Shown here: piece after piece, positions 33,501-36,957 of the stretch
How the letters are laid out: every line of letters begins with the position of its first letter
Position numbering within the stretch: position 1 is the first letter of the stretch
From: Trichosphaerium sp. ATCC 40318
Taxonomy: Eukaryota; Protista; Tubulinea
Direction: 5' to 3'
DNA length: 36,957 nt
Assembly: GCA_038496445.1 (NCBI GenBank)
Contig: JALMLS010000041.1
Span: forward strand, 1 to 36,957
The notes under the pieces: model-generated
Database searches by the model: none
What the model saw: the letters and a program-made list of their open reading frames with translations, nothing else
Told to the model about the DNA's origin: nothing
Made by a program: the position numbers and the translations under genes

Positions 33501-33966
33501 TTAGAAACACATACCAAAGTTGAATCAATACAGGCAAAGAAGAAAACATTTGTTTGTCTTTTTCTCGTTTTATTCTCGTACAAATTTTCCATTTAGGACG
33601 GCCTTCCGCTACCTACAAATAACAGCTCCTTATATACTAGCTTTCTAAAAGATAGGATATACTATGTTACTAATGGTACGTCTATAATAAACAAATAGTG
33701 CACTTGGGAACCTAGTTACTAACTGAAAGAAAAAACTAGGAAAACTTTTTACAATATTGATGAAAACAGCAGTACAGAAAAAACAACGTCATACCAAACC
33801 ATTCGATTTATCATGGTGTGGTAACGTAAAAGATATGGCTACAATAACTGGGTATACATATAGTGAGATTGTATTGGTATGTGGAGGTCAAGAAGGAACA
33901 TCAAAAAAAATATCTTCTGTATTTGATATGCACGGTACTTTAGATTCTATAGCGATGGTACAATAA
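30504..33966 (+). CDS. Multi-exon hypothetical single-pass membrane protein
   Basis: ATG GCC GAA CAG AG|gtaagt start and many short GT-AG introns linking ORFs 31512, 31706, 32184, 33081 and 33757. Central hydrophobic AFGAFAVLVIVVLIGSVAYMSL at ~32001-32066. No family recognised and the exon structure is only partly resolved. Confidence 0.6.
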
Positions 33967-34309
33967 ATGTATAACACTCACAATAAATGTAAATGCAATA
34001 AATAATAATAAAACAAAACTAACACTATGGTTCGGCGTAAATACTTTCAAAAATGGAGTAAATGTACAACACGTGACGACAAATTAGAAAGTGACGAGAA
34101 AATGGAACTAGTTTGGCACCACAAAATGGATTAGAATGCGCTTTGATATGTATTCATCTGGAACATTGCATTAGCGATTGAATTGGAAGTTGTAAATGTA
34201 GGGTATTTTCAGACAAGCAACTATTTGTGCCAACGAAAAATCACGTCAGTTTTTTGACGGTATTTGACCTAAAATACAAAAAAAACCAAAGAGCAAGATT
34301 TAGTGTATC

Positions 34310-36957
34310 ATGGCCAGTTCACAGCTCCCTCTTGTTGCTATATTTGCCTGCTTTATAGTTGCTACAAGCGCTTTTTCAACCTTTTTTTTGAGTGCATGTC
34401 CGGCAAGAGGTGATTTATGTGCCGGGATGTGTTCGAACGCGTACGTATTAGTTTTTTGAGAGAAAATTTTTTCCATCTTACGTAATGACAGGGCAGACAA
34501 TACACTACCTGTAAACGTTGAATCTGATGTATTTACAACCGGTTACGAACCAGGAGAAACGTATGACATTACAATAGATATAGGAAGTGGTGAAAGCTGG
34601 AGAGTACGCTAAAACTATACACGTGATCATTTTTTGGGACAAATAGTTTTGGTATTGTTTTTTTTGATTTCGTACATCAAAAAATCACGTGGATAAGATA
34701 TTTGGATAGTAATGTCTTTAGGGATTTGTAATGTCCTTTTTCGACTCCGGAAACGTCGAAAGAGGTACTTTTAGTACCTCTGACAGTAAATTTGATGCAT
34801 CTTCTGCAAACATGTTATGTACACAAGGTATAAGGCACGCAGACGCTACCCCTGTTAGCGACACAAGGACTATTCAATGGACAGCCCCTGCTAGTGTTTC
34901 AGGCGATCTAACTGCCCAAGTACGTCTATAGTATATGATAGTACACGATATATAGCGTTAGCCTATGGTTTAATAGGTTGGCCGAAAGATACGGCCAAAC
35001 CGGGCTTCTTGTGATTTTTTTTTATGACGCTCTATGCTTATTCTGTTCGCTCTATTAGGCTTGGGTTGTTCTTAATCGTGCAGGAGCAGCAGGGTGCAGG
35101 TGGTTGGATCTTAGTAATACAGTATCGGTATTACAGCAAACAGAAGCGCCAACAGACGCACCAACAGATGCTCCAACTGATGCACCAACAGACACACCAA
35201 CTGACGCACCAACTGATGCTCCAACAGATGCTCCAACAGACGCTCCAACAGATGCACCAACAGACGCTCCAACTGATGCTCCAACAGACGCTCCAACTGA
35301 CGCACCAACTGATGCACCAACAGACGCACCAACTGATGCTCCAACAGACGCTCCAACTGACGCACCAACTGATGCTCCAACTGATGCACCAACAGACGCT
35401 CCAACTGATGCTCCAACAGACGCTCCAACAGACGCTCCAACAGACGCTCCAACTGACGCACCAACTGATGCTCCAACTGATGCACCAACAGACGCTCCAA
35501 CTGATGCTCCAACTGATGCACCAACAGACGCTCCAACTGACGCTCCAACTGATGCTCCAACAGACTCTCCTACTGAAGCTCCTGTAGCACCAACGACTGA
35601 AGCACCAGTACCTATTTTGGTTAGTGTTGGTGACTTTGTGTTCAATGATCGCGATATGACTGGTGTTCAAGGAAAGTACAAAAAAAAAACCTTCGGAATG
35701 AATTGTTACATTGTTTTACCATTCTGTTAACATTTTTTACTTAGGCATCAACTTCCCTTTCAATGATGACATGATTCCAGTAATTCTATTAAGTGCAGAT
35801 GGATCACAAATTATTTCACAGACCACTACAAATAACCGTGGTGTCTATGAGTTTAATACACCAGACAATAACCTACAGCCAGAAACTGACTACATAATTT
35901 GTGTTGACTTTATGACAATGACAGAAACAGTTATTTTATCTCCACCTTTTGCTAGTGGTAACCCAGCAACTGATTCAAACGGTCAATTAGCTACATATCC
36001 TGTATACAGCTCTACGGTACGAGAACCATCCTGAAAAACGTGTTCTTAAACAGAATTTTTTTCTTCAACTTCTCGCTTAAACACGGAAGTGCTTAAACGT
36101 ATCTAAGTTACTACACCGCAGATATCTACATTATAATTTGATATTTCTTCTTTAAATTCATTTATTAACTGCCTTCCTAGCCATTATCCTGCGCAAACAT
36201 AACATCTCCGCAAAATGGAAGAAATGATGTGACGGTTGATTTTGGTTTAATAAGAGTAGCAGAACCTACAACAGACGCACCAACCAATCCTCCTACTGAA
36301 GCACCACCAACAGATGCTCCAACAGCAGTACCTCCTACAGAAGAACCGGCAACAGATGCTCCTACAGAAGCACCACCAACAGATGCTCCAACAGATACGC
36401 CAGCACCTACAGATGCTCCAACAGATGCTCCAGCTGCAGCGCCTATTGACATTCCTCCAACTGTGATACCAACTGCAGTACCTTCAGCTCCGCCTACGGA
36501 TGTTCCTACAACTGCTCCTTCTATGGCTCCTGTTACAAACGCTCCTCCATCGACAGATGCTCCAATAGCACCTACATCAGAACCTACACCACCACTTGAT
36601 TCTGATGAGTACGATTAGACTTTCCTTTTTTCCTTGCCTGATATTGAGCTGTTTCTGATCTCCTTGGTTAGAGTCGGACCTAAAGTACAAGGAACTGGTT
36701 CTGCATTACAATTTGGCAGCGGTTTCCAAGACGCTATTAACCAAGCGTACAATAGCGCTGTGGAAGATTGCACTGAGTAAGTGAAAAGAAACGAAAAGAA
36801 ACGAACAAGAATTTACACAAATGTTGCGTGGAAGTAACTTATTTTTTATTTTAGATGTTGTGAAGCATTAGACTTCTCGAGTGCTGTACCTTCAAGTTGT
36901 ATTTTAGAAGGAGGTTGTAAATACCGTTTTTGTGTAGGAAAATTGACACGACGTGTC
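34310..36957 (+). CDS. Secreted/surface protein: signal peptide, Reeler-like domain, PTDA stalk, SdrD B-like domain, Pro/Thr stalk; runs off the window
   Basis: MASSQLPLVAIFACFIVATSA; Reeler-like YEPGETYDITI...GFVM...GTF...IRH...IQWTAP; SdrD-B-like SVGDFVFND...TTTNNRGVYEF...DSNG...VDFGL; frame-preserving introns. Confidence 0.8.
35149..35580 (+). repeat. Coding minisatellite, 36 x 12 bp (PTDA)
   Basis: CCA AC(A/T) GA(C/T) GC(A/T) units; variation is almost entirely synonymous. Confidence 0.95.

Noticed and set aside
35024-36452. Alternative-frame ORFs (QQTL, GASV, LEHQ, WSVC repeats)
   Set aside because: Stop-free by-products of the 12-bp PTDA repeat. Synonymous variation and splicing identify the PTDA frame.
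1-36957. Endogenous giant virus or prokaryotic origin of the window
   Set aside because: No capsid, polymerase or packaging genes; spliceosomal introns and eukaryotic transposons occur throughout.

Overview
AT-rich eukaryotic DNA, probably a protist. The short 44-135 nt introns with GTAC/GTAA donors and an SdrD-B/Reeler surface protein suggest Amoebozoa, but the host is inferred. This is a rapidly evolving accessory region. (1) Two recently duplicated, intronless F-box-like/21-aa LRR genes have near-identical N-termini and terminal repeats, but their internal repeat arrays (10 vs 18 repeats) are reshuffled and vary almost only at five exposed positions. (2) A three-member RCC1-propeller + conserved linker + SAM-like gene family is present. 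One member is split by a degenerate piggyBac-like transposon (17862-26798) with an atypical 5-bp TTTAT target duplication. (3) An intact Ty3/gypsy retrotransposon (19996-26762, identical 379-bp LTRs) is nested in the terminal inverted repeat of that transposon. (4) There is an RCC1::MORN chimeric gene, several MITE/foldback elements, and four ordinary intron-rich genes missed by the ORF track: a beta-helix type I membrane protein, a secreted DUF3472-like protein, an unknown membrane protein and a Reeler-PTDA-SdrD surface protein. The palindrome CACGTG is roughly tenfold over-represented. All analysis was done by eye; domain names rest on motif recognition, not database searches.
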